Of a stretch of DNA of 64,000 nt, positions 8,792 through 23,871 are shown in pieces. This DNA is from Anaeromyxobacter sp. Its GTDB lineage: Bacteria > Myxococcota > Myxococcia > Myxococcales > Anaeromyxobacteraceae. The notes beneath the pieces are model-generated. The model worked only from the letters and a program-made list of their open reading frames with translations. It made no database searches and was not told the DNA's origin. Numbering within the stretch: position 1 is the stretch's first letter; every line of letters begins with the position of its first letter. The stretch spans positions 384,001 to 448,000 of the forward strand of contig JASGJN010000026.1 of the NCBI GenBank assembly GCA_049840735.1. Reading direction: 5' to 3'. Both the position numbers and the translations under genes were made by a program.

Positions 8792-10228
8792 ATGCGCTTC
8801 CTCCACCCCGAGCACGACGAGCAGCTGGAGCTCTCCCTCGAGGACGTGTTCCTCGTCCCCAACTGCTTCGAGGGCACCTCCCGCCTGGACGTGGACCTCC
8901 GCCCGCCCGACTTCGCCGGCGGGTCGCACCCGGTGGTCTCGGCCAACATGAACGCCGTCACCGGCAAGCGGATGGCGGAGACCATGGCCCGCTTCGGCGG
9001 CCTGGGCGTGCTGCCCCAGGACATGGAGCTCGACACCGCGGCGCGGATCATCCAGCACATCAAGGCGGCCGATCCGCGCTACGACACGCCGCTCTCGGTC
9101 TCGCCGCGGGCCACGCTCCGCGACGTGGCCGGCATCATCCGCAAGCGCGCCCACGACCTGGTGGTGGTGGTGGACGACGAGCGGCGCCCGGTGGGCATCA
9201 TCACCCACGCCGACCTGCGCGACCGGGACCAGTACACCCCGGCCAGCGCGCTCATGTCCTCGCGCATGGTGACGGTCCCGGTGGGCATCTCCAACCGCGA
9301 CGCCTTCCTGCTCATGGAGGAGCACCGGGTGAAGGCGGTGCCGGTGCTGGACGCGGCCGGCCGGCTCTACGGGATCCTGACCCGCGACGACGCCGTCCGC
9401 CTGGAGCTGCTCAAGCCCTCGCTCGACGGCCAGGGCAAGCTGATGGTGGCCGCCGCGGTGGGCATCTCCTCCTCCACGGAGAACGCGGCGGTGCGGCTGG
9501 TGAAGGAGGGCGTCTCCTGCCTGGTGCTGGACACCGCCCACGGCCACCAGCGCCGCATGATCGAGGCCATCCGTGCGGTGCGCCGCGCGGTGGGCGAGGC
9601 GCTCCCCCTCGTGGCGGGCAACGTCTGCACCGCCGAGGGGACCGCGGCCCTGCTGGAGGCGGGCGCCAGCGTGGTGAAGGTGAACGTCGGGCCGGGCGCC
9701 ATGTGCACCACCCGCATGCAGACCGGGGCCGGGCGGCCGACCTTCAGCTCGGTGCTGGCCTGCGCCCGCGAGGCCCACCGCCGCGGCGGGCACGTCTGGG
9801 CGGACGGCGGCGTGCAGCACCCGCGCGACGTGGCGCTCTACCTGGCCGCCGGCGCCGCCCGCGTCATGATCGGCACCGCGCTCTCCGGCACCTACGAGAG
9901 CCCGGGCGACGTGAAGGAGGATCGCGAGGGGCGGCTCTACAAGGAGAACTACGGCATGGCCAGCGCCCGGGCGGTGAGCGACCGGACCGCCGGCCTGGAC
10001 GCCTTCGAGCGCGCCAAGAAGGGGTTCTTCCGCGAGGGCATCTCCACCTCCCGCATCTACATCAGGGAGGGGCGCGAGAGCGCCGCCGGCTTCCTGGTGG
10101 ACGTCATCACCGGCGTGCAGTCGTCCTTCACCTACGTGGGCGCGCGCGGCTGGGAGGCCTTCCACCGGCAGGCCGTGGTGGGCGTGCAGACCCCCGGCGG
10201 CTACGGGGAGGGGAAGCCGAGGCCGTAG
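8792..10228 (+). CDS. guaB1: GuaB1-family IMPDH-related protein with CBS pair (probable GMP reductase)
   Basis: SANMNAVTGKRMAETMARFGGLGVLPQD, DTAHGHQ, catalytic loop VGPGAMCTTRMQTG, WADGGV, KENYGMASARAV. Confidence 0.85.
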   Translation: MRFLHPEHDEQLELSLEDVFLVPNCFEGTSRLDVDLRPPDFAGGSHPVVSANMNAVTGKRMAETMARFGGLGVLPQDMELDTAARIIQHIKAADPRYDTPLSVSPRATLRDVAGIIRKRAHDLVVVVDDERRPVGIITHADLRDRDQYTPASALMSSRMVTVPVGISNRDAFLLMEEHRVKAVPVLDAAGRLYGILTRDDAVRLELLKPSLDGQGKLMVAAAVGISSSTENAAVRLVKEGVSCLVLDTAHGHQRRMIEAIRAVRRAVGEALPLVAGNVCTAEGTAALLEAGASVVKVNVGPGAMCTTRMQTGAGRPTFSSVLACAREAHRRGGHVWADGGVQHPRDVALYLAAGAARVMIGTALSGTYESPGDVKEDREGRLYKENYGMASARAVSDRTAGLDAFERAKKGFFREGISTSRIYIREGRESAAGFLVDVITGVQSSFTYVGARGWEAFHRQAVVGVQTPGGYGEGKPRP

Positions 10229-10239
10229 CGCGGGGGGGC

Positions 10240-11457
10240 CTAAAGCCCGAACCGCTCGCGCTGCGCCAGGAAGTTCTGCCTCAGCTCGTCCTCGGTGAGC
10301 GCGCGGTCGTACATGCGGACGATGGCGTAGCGCGACCCGGCCGGCCACAGGGCCGCGCCGTCGTTGGTCTGCGCGCCCAGCCGGAGCAGGTGGGGCGCGT
10401 CGGCGTCGAGGGTGCCCCAGGCGTCCACGGTGAAGTCCGGGTCGTCGTGCGGGAACCTGCTCCCGTCGCGCAGCGTGAAGCCGGTGCCGGCCACGGTGTC
10501 CACGCTGATGGCGAGCTGCTGCCAGCGGTCCATGGCGACGAGCCGCTTGCTGGGGGTCTGGAGCTCCGGCGCGGGCGCATCGACGCCGAAGCCGCCCAGC
10601 GCGCCCTCCAGGAACCAGCGGAAGCCGGTGGTCCCGAGGTTGTCGGTGGTGCCCAGCGCGATGAAGTAGGCGTCCGGGCTGGGCACCACGTAGACCCACA
10701 GCTCGATGGTGAAGCGCGCGCCGGGCCGGTGGATGGCGTTCACGAAGGCGCCGTTGGCGCCGTGCTTGGTGAACCAGGCGCTGCCCATCACGAAGCTGCC
10801 GGCGTCGAAGGCGGGATCGCGGTCGTCCGCGCCCGGACCCCGGCCCAGGTCGAAGTCGTTGGCGTGGCCGCTCAGGTCGAGCCAGAGAATCGCCGGTGCC
10901 CGGGTAGGAGGAGGCGTCACCGGCGTCGAGGTGCACCTGCAGGCCGCTGGTGGCCAGCACGGCGGGCAGGTCGTCGAACCGGGTGGCGCCGGCCACGTCG
11001 GCGGCCGAGGCGGGGTGCGCGCTGACCACGCGGCTGACCGCGCCGCCGCTGGCGTAGGTGAGCGCGGCCGTGTCGCCGCTTCTCGCCACGGTGAGGGTGC
11101 CGGCGCTGGTGGCGACCGTGAGGCCCTCCACCGCAGTGACCGCGAGGTCGTCGCGGGTGTCGTAGGTGACGATGGCGAGCGCCGGGAGCTCGGTGCCGCG
11201 GTCGAAGAACCGGGCGCGGCGGTAGGTGCGCACGCGCGCGCCGGTGATTCGACGAAGAGGTCCTCCTGCCGCGTCACCGTCCCGTCCTCGGTGGTGTCCA
11301 CCGGGAAGCTCGCCTGGCTCGCCGGCGAGGTGGTCTCGACGTGGAAGGCCCGGTAGACGCCGAGCGCCGAGGGCGAGGGGGCACCGCCGCCGTCGCCGCA
11401 GGAGGCGAGCGGGCCGGCGAGGGCGAGCAGCAGCAGGGCGAGCAGGGCGCGGCGCAT
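10240..11457 (-). CDS. Lipoprotein with C-terminal LamG/concanavalin-A-like domain (two compensating frameshifts)
   Basis: Lipobox PLASC. The sensible middle segment (VRTYRRARFF...LQVHLDAGDASSYPGTG) is in another frame between ~11248 and ~10889. C-terminus FTIELWVY...VRMYDRALTEDELRQNF. Confidence 0.75.
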   Translation of the reverse strand: MRRALLALLLLALAGPLASCGDGGGAPSPSALGVYRAFHVETTSPASQASFPVDTTEDGTVTRQEDLFVESPARACAPTAAPGSSTAAPSSRRSPSSPTTPATTSRSLRWRASRSPPAPAPSPWREAATRPRSPTPAAARSAAWSARTPPRPPTWPAPPGSTTCPPCWPPAACRCTSTPVTPPPTRAPAILWLDLSGHANDFDLGRGPGADDRDPAFDAGSFVMGSAWFTKHGANGAFVNAIHRPGARFTIELWVYVVPSPDAYFIALGTTDNLGTTGFRWFLEGALGGFGVDAPAPELQTPSKRLVAMDRWQQLAISVDTVAGTGFTLRDGSRFPHDDPDFTVDAWGTLDADAPHLLRLGAQTNDGAALWPAGSRYAIVRMYDRALTEDELRQNFLAQRERFGL

Positions 11458-11534
11458 GGTGATCCCGGAGAGAGGGGAAAGGGGCGGGACCCTACCATCG
11501 GTCCGGGTCCGGCGGAACCGCCGGGGGCCCCGAT

Positions 11535-11563
11535 CCGTTCGCCCTGAGCCCGTCGAAGGGCGA
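11535..11563. repeat. Single copy of the CCGTTCGCCCTGAG..GTCGAAGGGCG palindromic element
   Basis: CCGTTCGCCCTGAGCCCGTCGAAGGGCGA has the same ends as the copies at 1968 and 22501. Confidence 0.8.
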
Positions 11564-11585
11564 CCGGGAGCCGTCGGTGCCGCGC

Positions 11586-12497
11586 CTACCCCCGCTCGCC
11601 GGTCCGCTCCGCCAGCACCACCCCGGCCAGCACCAGCCCGCCGCCGAGCGCCAGCGACCAGGTGAAGGGCTCACCCAGCAGCAGCACGCCGGTGAGCACC
11701 GACAGGAGCGGGATGCCGTTGAGCAGGTTGTTGGCCAGGCTCACGCCCAGCACCGGCAGCGCCAGGTTCCAGAGCAGGTAGGCCGCCGCGGAGCAGAGCA
11801 GGCCCAGGTACGCCACCGCGCCCCAGGCCGCGGGCGTGGGCGCGTGCAGCGGGCGGAAGGCCGCCTCCAGCGCCGCCAGCGGCAGCAGCGTGAGCGCGCC
11901 GGTGCCCATGGTCGCGGCGGTGACGGTGAGCGGCGGGTAGCGCAGCATCAGGTCGCGCGCGAGCAGCGTGTAGCCCACCCACGAGGCCATGGCCCCCAGC
12001 ATGAGCGCGTCGCCCAGCGGGCTGGCCGCGCCGGTGCCGTCCGGCCGGACCACCACCGCCACGCCGGCCAGCGCCAGGATCATCCCCAGCACCGGCAGCG
12101 GCCGCGGCGCGCGCCGGCGCTGCACCGCCTCGGCCGCCGCGCTCACCAGCGGCACCGTGGCCACGATCAGCGCCGCGTGCGAGGCGGTGGTGAGCAGGAG
12201 GCCGTAGTTCTCGAAGGCGAAGTAGACGGTGACGCCCAGGAGCCCCAGCGCCCAGGCGCGGGGTCGGTCGGCGCGCCCCAGCGGCGGCGCGTTGCGGCGG
12301 GCCAGCGGCCAGAGCACCGCCGTGGCCAGCAGGAAGCGGAGGGCGGCCAGCGCCAGCGGCGGCAGCGCCTGCACCGTCACGCGCGTCACCGGGAAGGAGA
12401 CGCCCCAGAGCACCACCGGCACGAGCGCCATGAGCACGGCGCGGCCACGGCGCGGGCGGGGCTGGGCGGCGGGGCGGGCGGGCGCGTCGGCGGTCAT
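11586..12497 (-). CDS. DMT/EamA-family transporter
   Basis: VVLWGVSFPVTR, LAALRFLLA, LGDALMLGAMASWVGYTLL, LLLGEPFT; about 10 TM helices. Confidence 0.9.
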   Translation of the reverse strand: MTADAPARPAAQPRPRRGRAVLMALVPVVLWGVSFPVTRVTVQALPPLALAALRFLLATAVLWPLARRNAPPLGRADRPRAWALGLLGVTVYFAFENYGLLLTTASHAALIVATVPLVSAAAEAVQRRRAPRPLPVLGMILALAGVAVVVRPDGTGAASPLGDALMLGAMASWVGYTLLARDLMLRYPPLTVTAATMGTGALTLLPLAALEAAFRPLHAPTPAAWGAVAYLGLLCSAAAYLLWNLALPVLGVSLANNLLNGIPLLSVLTGVLLLGEPFTWSLALGGGLVLAGVVLAERTGERG

Positions 12498-12568
12498 GGA
12501 GCGCGCACCATGCCGCCGGTGGCGCGAGCCCGCAAGGGGCAGCGCTCCCGGGGATGGGGACGCGCTGC

Positions 12569-12611
12569 TTGACTTCAATGCACAGCGCATATATGCATAG
12601 TGCAGCGAAGT
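12569..12611 (+). promoter_or_regulatory. Promoter and 40-bp imperfect palindrome upstream of nrtR (probable NrtR operator)
   Basis: TTGACT at 12569 overlaps ACTTC-aa-TGCAC-agc-GCATATATGC-ata-GTGCA-gc-GAAGT (12572-12611). Confidence 0.6.
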
Positions 12612-12629
12612 TGCGAGAGCGAGAGCGCC

Positions 12630-13430
12630 ATGGCCACCCGGAACCCCCGCCGCACCCCCCGCACCCGCCCCGCCGAGGCCGGCCCGGTCGCCGACCCCGG
12701 CGAGGCGGCGTTCCTGGAGGCCTACGACCCGGGGCGCTACGAGCGCCCGTCGGTGGCGGTGGACGTGGTGCTGCTCACCGCCGAGGAGGACGCGCTGCGC
12801 ACGCTGCTGGTGCGGCGCGAGGGCCACCCGCACCAGGGGCGCTGGGCGCTGCCGGGCGTCTTCGTGGGGTTGCAGGAGCCGCTGGAGGCGGCGGCGGCGC
12901 GGGCCCTGCGGGAGAAGGCCGGACTCACCGGGCTCTTCCTCGAGCAGCTCTACACGTTCGGCGATCCCCGCCGCGACCCGCGCACCCGGGTCCTCAGCGT
13001 GGCCCACGTGGCGCTGGTGGACGGCGCCCGCTTCCGCGCCGCCGGCGCCGCCGCGGGCGAGCGCGGCCTGGCGGTGGGCGAGCTGGAGGTGCCCTGGGAG
13101 GGCGAGACCGGCGGGCCGGTGGAGGTCCGCGCCGCCGGGAAGCCGCTGCCGCTGGCCTTCGACCACGCCGAGATCCTGGGCATGGCCGTGAAGCGGCTGC
13201 GCGGCAAGCTCGACTACACGCCCATCGGCTTCCAGCTCCTGCCCGAGACCTTCACCCTGCTCGAGCTCCAGCGCGTCCACGAGACGGTGCTGGGACGGCC
13301 GGTGAACAAGGACTCCTTCCGGCGCCGCATGCTGGCCTCCGGCCAGCTGGAGGCGACCGGGGAGAGCCAGACCGGGGTCGGCCACCGGCCGGCCGAGCTG
13401 TACCGGTTCGCGCGCCGCTCGGCGCTGTAG
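12630..13430 (+). CDS. nrtR: NrtR-family Nudix-related transcriptional regulator
   Basis: RPSVAVDVV, WALPGVFV, LEQLYTFGDPRRDPRTRVLSVAH, LAFDHAEI, and C-terminal wHTH FTLLELQRVHETVLG...HRPAELYRF. Confidence 0.9.
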   Translation: MATRNPRRTPRTRPAEAGPVADPGEAAFLEAYDPGRYERPSVAVDVVLLTAEEDALRTLLVRREGHPHQGRWALPGVFVGLQEPLEAAAARALREKAGLTGLFLEQLYTFGDPRRDPRTRVLSVAHVALVDGARFRAAGAAAGERGLAVGELEVPWEGETGGPVEVRAAGKPLPLAFDHAEILGMAVKRLRGKLDYTPIGFQLLPETFTLLELQRVHETVLGRPVNKDSFRRRMLASGQLEATGESQTGVGHRPAELYRFARRSAL

Positions 13431-13494
13431 GGCGCGGCCACCGCCGCGAGACCCGCACCAGCCGCGGCCCCACCGGGCCGCAGAAGGGACAGCC

Positions 13495-14614
13495 ATGGCC
13501 CAGATCACCCGCTTCGGCCCCGTGCGCCACCTCCGCTCCGACGCCAGCGCCCACGTCCTGCTCTTCCGCAACGGGCGGCTGCGGCGCGAGGGGCGCGGCC
13601 TCTCCTTCCTCTTCCAGGCCCACTCCGCCTCCATCGCCGAGGTGCCGGCGGACGACCGCGAGCTGCCGCTGGTGGTCCACGCCCGCACGGCCGATTTCCA
13701 GGACGTGACGGTGCAGGGCGTGCTCACCTACCGCGTGCGCGATCCCCGCACGCTGGCCGCGCGCGTGGACTTCACCATCGACCTCGGCTCGGGGCGGCCG
13801 CTGCGGCAGCCGCTGGAGCAGCTGGCGCTGATCTTCGGGCAGCGCGCCGAGCAGCACGCCGCGGCCTGGGTGGCCGGCGCCGACCTGCGCGACGTGCTGG
13901 CGCAGGGGCCGGAGGCGGTCCGCGGCGTGGTCGAGGCCGGGCTGGCCGGCGACGCCTCGCTCCAGGCCATGGGGCTGGAGACCGTCTCGGTCCGCGTCTC
14001 CAGCGTGAAGCCCGTGCCCGATCTGGAGAAGGCGCTGGCCGCGCCCACCCGCGAGTCGCTGCAGCAGGTCGCGGACCAGGCCGCCTTCGCGCGCCGGGCG
14101 CTGGCGGTGGAGAAGGAGCGGGCCATCCAGGAGAACGAGCTCAAGAACCAGAATCGAGCTGGCCCGCCGCAAGGAGGAGCTGATCAGGCAGCAGGGGCAG
14201 AACGCGCGGCGCACCGCCGAGGAGAAGGCGGAGGCGGAGCGGATCGCCGCCGAGGCCGGCGCCCGCCAGACCGGCATCGCCAGCCAGGCGGAGGCGGCGC
14301 GCGCCCGGGCCGAGGCCGACGCAGCGGCGCACCAGGTCCGGACCGCCGGCGACGCCTCGGCCCACCGGACGCGCGTGCAGGGCGAGGCGGACGCGGCGGC
14401 CCTGGCGCTCTCCGAGCGGATCCGCACGCAGGCCGAGCAGGCCCGCATGGCGGCGGTGAAGGACGTGCCCCCGGCGGTGCTGATGGCGCTGGCGGCCCAG
14501 GCCATCGCCGGGAAGCTGGAGAAGATCGAGCGCGTCACGCTGGGCCCGGACACGCTGGGGCCGGCGCTGGAGGGCCTGCTCGAGGCCGGCGCCAAGCGGC
14601 TGGCGGGGGGGTGA
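13495..14614 (+). CDS. SPFH/Band-7 domain protein, NrtX-like (frameshift ~14152)
   Basis: RTADFQDVTVQGVLTYRV and AFARRALAVEKERAIQENEL. After removing one base the frame continues IELARRKEELI... as a coiled coil to the stop at 14614. Confidence 0.85.
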
Positions 14615-14618
14615 GGCC

Positions 14619-15518
14619 ATGGGCGCTCCGGTCCCGCGGGTGGTGGTGGTGACCCGCGCCACCGAGCTGGAGGCGCTGGTCGCGCGCCACGGGACGCGGG
14701 CCCAGGCCCGCTTCTTCCTGGAGGCGCGCGGCCAGGCGCTGGCCGACCTGGAGCGCCGCCAGGAGGCGCAGGACGCGGCGCTCCAGCTGGTGTCGCAGGC
14801 CATCCCGTCCGAGTGGCGGCGCGTCCGGCTCGGGCGGGAGGACCTGGCCCGGTTCGTCTTCGAGCCGGACGACCTGCTGGTGGCGGTGGGGCAGGACGGG
14901 CTGGTGGCCAACGCGGCCAAGTACCTGGCCGGCCAGCCCGTGCTGGGCGTGAACCCGGATCCGGCCCGGTACGATGGTGTGCTGGTGCCGCTCGCGCCGG
15001 ACCGCGTCCGGAAGCTGCTGCCCGCGGCGGCCGCCGGCCGCGCGGAGGTGGAGGCGCGCACGCTGGCGGAGGTGCGGCTCGACGACGGCCAGCGGCTGCT
15101 GGCGCTGAACGAGGTGTTCCTGGGTCACCGCACCCACCAGTCGGCCCGCTACCGGCTGCAGCTGGGGCGGCAGGAGGAGCGCCAGTCGTCGTCGGGGGTG
15201 ATCGTGGCCACCGGCACCGGCGCCACCGGCTGGGCGCGGTCGATCAACGGCGAGCGGCGCCGTCCGCTCGACCTGCCGGGCGCGGCCGACGCCGCGCTGG
15301 CGCTGTTCGTGCGCGAGCCGTTCCCCAGCAAGGCCTCCGGGACCACGCTGGACGGGGCGCGGCTGGACGCGCCGGAGGGCGCGACGGTGGTGTCGGAGAT
15401 GAACGAGGGCGGCGTGATCTTCGCCGATGGCATCGAGGACGACCGGCTCGAGTTCGCCTGGGGCGTCACCGCGCGGGTGGGCGTGGCGGAGGAGCGGCTC
15501 AGGTTGGTGAAGGGGTGA
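14619..15518 (+). CDS. NAD-kinase-like protein, NrtY-like
   Basis: AVGQDGLVANAAKYL (GGDG-like motif), LALNEVFLG, SSGVIVATGTGATGW. Confidence 0.85.
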   Translation: MGAPVPRVVVVTRATELEALVARHGTRAQARFFLEARGQALADLERRQEAQDAALQLVSQAIPSEWRRVRLGREDLARFVFEPDDLLVAVGQDGLVANAAKYLAGQPVLGVNPDPARYDGVLVPLAPDRVRKLLPAAAAGRAEVEARTLAEVRLDDGQRLLALNEVFLGHRTHQSARYRLQLGRQEERQSSSGVIVATGTGATGWARSINGERRRPLDLPGAADAALALFVREPFPSKASGTTLDGARLDAPEGATVVSEMNEGGVIFADGIEDDRLEFAWGVTARVGVAEERLRLVKG

Positions 15519-16469
15519 ACCCGCACCCCTCCCAGAACCCCCGCAGCTCCTCCGGCAGCGGACACTCCAGCCGGAGCGGCTCCCGCGTCACCGGGTGCGG
15601 GAACTCCAGCCGCCACGCGTGCAGCGCGTGGCGCGGCAACCTGAGCGCCGCCAGGTCCGCCTCGGTCATCTCACGCCGCGTGAACCGGTCGAAGATCCCC
15701 TCGTCCGGCCCGTAGATCTTGTCCCCCACCATCATCAGCCCGGCGTGGTGCAGGTGCGCGCGGATTCTGGTGCTGCCGCCCCGTCCGCGGGGAGCAGGCG
15801 AGGAGCGCCACCGGGACCCCGTCCGCCGTGCGCCGCCGCCCCAGCACCTCGAAGTCCGTCACCGACGCCTGCCCCTCGGCGTGGACGTGCATCCGCACCC
15901 GCACCAGCGAGGCGCCGGTGAGCGCCAGCGGCGCGTCCACGGTGAAGCGGTCCTCCGCCGGCGTCCCCAGCGCCAGGGCCAGGTAGGTCTTCTGCACGCG
16001 CCCGGCGGCGAAGTCGCGCTTCAGGATTCTGGTCACCTCCGGCTCGGAGCCGCAGACCAGCAGGCCGGAGGTCTCGCGGTCGAGGCGGTGGGCCGGGTCC
16101 ACCTTCCGCTCCGGGAAGCGGGCCCGGGCCAGCGCGGTGAAGGTGTGGGCGAAGTAGCGTGCCGTGGGGTGCACCGGCAGCCCGGCCGGCTTGTCCACCA
16201 CCAGCAGCAGGCCGTCGTCGTGGACCACGCCGAAGGTCATGGGCGTGTCCGGCTCCGGGTCGGCCTCCTTCAGCAGGAAGAAGGTGAGCCCGGGCTCGAC
16301 CGCGGTGCCGGCCTCCAGCGCGCGCCCGTCCTCGCTCACCAGGCGGTTCGCGATCAGGTGCTGGATTCCGCTCCGCCGGGAGCCGGCGGATCTTCTCCTG
16401 CAGGTAGGCGTCGAGCCGCCACCCGGCGTAGTTGCGCTCGACCGTGAAGCGGATGCGGACCTCGGGCAC
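15499..16469 (-). CDS. RluA-family pseudouridine synthase (frameshifts ~16366, ~15765)
   Basis: S4-like GWRLDAYL, VVDKPAGLPVHP, HRLDRETSGLL, TGRQHQ|IRAHL, GDKIYG, HALHAWRLEFPHP. Confidence 0.9.
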
Positions 16470-16519
16470 CGGGCAGGTATAGCACCCGCCGCCCCGCCCC
16501 GCCCTGCCGGCCGCCGGCC

Positions 16520-17627
16520 TCACGCCGCCCGGCGCGTGCCGGCCAGGAACGCCACGATGGCCTCGGCGGCGCGCTCCCCGGCGCGCCCGTCCCAGAGCGC
16601 CGGGATGCGCCCGCGCCGCCCGCCCTCGCCCAGCGCGCGCGCCGTGGCGGCGGCGATGCGCGCCGGGTCGGTCCCCACCACCTCGTTGGTGCCCTCGGTC
16701 ACCGTGATGGGGCGCTCGGTGTTCTCGCGCAGCGTCAGGCAGGGGATGCCCAGCGCCGTGGACTCCTCCTGCAGCCCGCCGGAGTCGGTCAGCACCAGCC
16801 GCGCGGCGCTGGTGAGCGAGAGGAACTCGCAGGTACCCCAGCGGCTCCACCAGCCGCAGCGCCGCGGCGGCGGCCGCGAGCCGCGGCTCGGCCAGCCGCG
16901 CCCGCGTGCGCGGGTGGACCGGGAAGACCACCGGCAGCCGCCGCGCCACCTCCGCCAGCGCCCCCAGCAGCCGCTCCAGCGTGGCCGGCTGGTCCACGTT
17001 GGAGGGCCGGTGGAGCGTGACCACGGCGTAGCCGCCCGGCGCGAGCCCCAGCCCCTCCGGCACCCGCAGCGCGCGGGCCCGGGGCAGGTGCTCGCGCAGC
17101 GTGTCGATCATGAGGTTCCCGACCCGCGCCACCCGCTCCGCCGGGATGCCCTCCCGCGCCAGGTGCGCGTCGGCGTCGGCGCTGGGCGTGAGCAGGAGGT
17201 CGGCCACGTGGTCCACCACCACCCGGTTCACCTCCTCCGGCATGGCCCGGTCGAAGCTGCGCAGCCCGGCCTCGAGGTGGGCCACCGGCACCCCCAGCTT
17301 GGTCGCCACCAGCGCGGCGGCCAGCGTGGAGTTGACGTCCCCCGGCACCACCACCAGCTCCGGCCGCCCGCCCTCGGCCAGCAGCGCCCGCTCGAAGGCC
17401 ACCATCACCTTTCCGGTCTGCTCGCCGTGCGAGCCGGAGCCGACGCCCAGGTCCAGGTCGGGGCGCGGCAGCCCCAGCGCCTCGAAGAAGACGCCGCTCA
17501 TCTGCCGGTCGAAGTGCTGGCCGGTGTGGACCAGCCGCTGGGCCACGCCGCGGCGGGACAGCGCCGCCATGAGCGGCGCGATCTTCATGAAGTTGGGGCG
17601 GGCGCCCACCACGTGGAGCACGGGCAT
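16520..17627 (-). CDS. wecB: UDP-N-acetylglucosamine 2-epimerase, non-hydrolysing (frameshift ~16830)
   Basis: VVGARPNFMKIAP, VHTGQHFD, HLEAGLRS, TLHRPSNVD, LTDSGGLQEE, LRENTERP. Confidence 0.93.
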
Positions 17628-17775
17628 CCCGTGGAAGGTGCACCCGCGCCGCCCCGGCGCCGACGCCCGGTGAAGGGGCGCACGCCCGGCGGGGCGGACG
17701 CGGAGCCCCGGCGCGCCCGCGCGTGTCTTCGGGAAGGCCCTGGGCGGGCGGCGGCGGAGGCGCCACCCAAGGTGC

Positions 17776-22478
<4,703 letters not shown>

Positions 22479-22492
<14 letters not shown>

Positions 22493-23075
22493 GAACAGCT
22501 CCGTTCGCCCTGAGTCCTTCGGCTCCGCCGCCGCGAAGCGGCGGCTACGCTCAGGACAGGCGAAGTCGAAGGGCCGGGGCCTCTCCCCCCGCGCCCTGCT
22601 GGCCCGCGCCGCGAAGATCCGGCTGGTGCTCCTGGACGTGGACGGCGTCCTCACCGACGGCCGCATCTGGTACGGGCCGGAGGGCGAGGCGCTCAAGGCC
22701 TTCGACGTCCGCGACGGCCACGGCGTGGTGCTGCTGCGCGAACAGGTGGACTTCGGCGTCATCTCCGGCCGCCCGGGCAAGGCCACCCAGGCGCGCCTGG
22801 AGGAGCTGCGCTTCAAGCACCTCGTCTTCGGCCAGCGCGACAAGCTGGTGGGCTACGCCAGCCTGGCCCACCTCGGCGTTCCGGACGAGCAGGTCGCCTA
22901 CATGGGCGACGACGTCAACGACGTCCCGCTGCTCCTCCGCGTGGGGCTCGCTGCCGCCCCCGCCGATGCCCGGCCCGAGGCGCAGGCCGCGGCCCACCTG
23001 GTGACCCAGGCGGGCGGCGGTCGCGGCGCGGTGCGTGAGCTCTGCGACCTGATCCGGCGCGCCCGCGGCGGGTGA
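22479..23075 (+). CDS. kdsC: KDO 8-phosphate phosphatase (HAD family), N-terminus contains a palindromic repeat
   Basis: [45 protein letters not shown] start preceded by GGAAGG and overlapping the kdsA end. Confidence 0.88.
22501..22574. repeat. Nested double copy of the palindromic element (outer forward, inner reverse)
   Basis: Outer CCGTTCGCCCTGAG...GAAGTCGAAGGGC. Inner reverse complement CCTGTCCTGAGCGTAGCCGCCGCTTCGCGGCGGCGGAGCCGAAGGA resembles 1975-2014. Confidence 0.8.
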
Positions 23076-23319
23076 GCCCGGCCGGGCGGGGCGTGCCAGC
23101 TCCCCGTCCCAGCCATGAGCCGGAGCGCGCCCGGCGCTCGGCCGGCTGCCGGGCGGGCGCCGTCCGGTCCGGCGCCCCCGAGGTCCGAGGCCCGGGGACC
23201 AAGGCCTCCTCACGGCCCAAGCAAAGGCAATGCCGAAAACCGTTGAGCTTTCCAGCGGGTAGGTGTAGGGCCTCTAAAGCAAGGTCTGTGCCCTTCGCGT
23301 CGAGCCGGGAAAGAATGCT

Positions 23320-23871
23320 ATGTTTCAGCGGTTTTGGAGGGGCGCGGGGGCGCTCGTGATCACCCTTCTCCTGGCCGGAGCGGGGGTGGGTTGCAGCCCC
23401 GGCGCAAGCCAGGAGGCCGAGCAGGTGGTGCCAGAGCTCAAGCTCGAACGGGTACGCTTTCGCGTCTGGCGCGGCGCTGACCTGCGCCTGCGCGGCGCAG
23501 CCCAGGCCATGACCCTGCGGCGCGACTCCTCCGAGCTGGCCGCCACCAACCTGGCCGCCGAGCTGCCGCGCGGCGACGCGCCCATCCTCATCACCGCGCC
23601 CACCGGCACCGGCGTGATGGCCCAGCGGGACTTCGAGGTCCACGGTGGCGTGACCATCACCCAGGCCGCCAACGTGGCCCGCACCGCCGCCGCCCGCTTC
23701 CAGCCGGTCCCCGGCACCGGGCAGATGCAGGTGATCGGCACCGACCCGGTGATCGTCACCGGCCCGGCCTACCAGCTGGAGGGGACCGGCTTCGCGCTGG
23801 ACGCGGCCAGCGGCGACTTCCAGATGCAGGGGCCGGTGCAGCTCCACATCCGCGCCGCGGAGGCCCGGTGA
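23320..23871 (+). CDS. lptC: LPS export periplasmic protein LptC-like
   Basis: N-terminal hydrophobic segment, beta-strand-rich body, position directly before lptA/lptB. Confidence 0.7.
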   Translation: MFQRFWRGAGALVITLLLAGAGVGCSPGASQEAEQVVPELKLERVRFRVWRGADLRLRGAAQAMTLRRDSSELAATNLAAELPRGDAPILITAPTGTGVMAQRDFEVHGGVTITQAANVARTAAARFQPVPGTGQMQVIGTDPVIVTGPAYQLEGTGFALDAASGDFQMQGPVQLHIRAAEAR

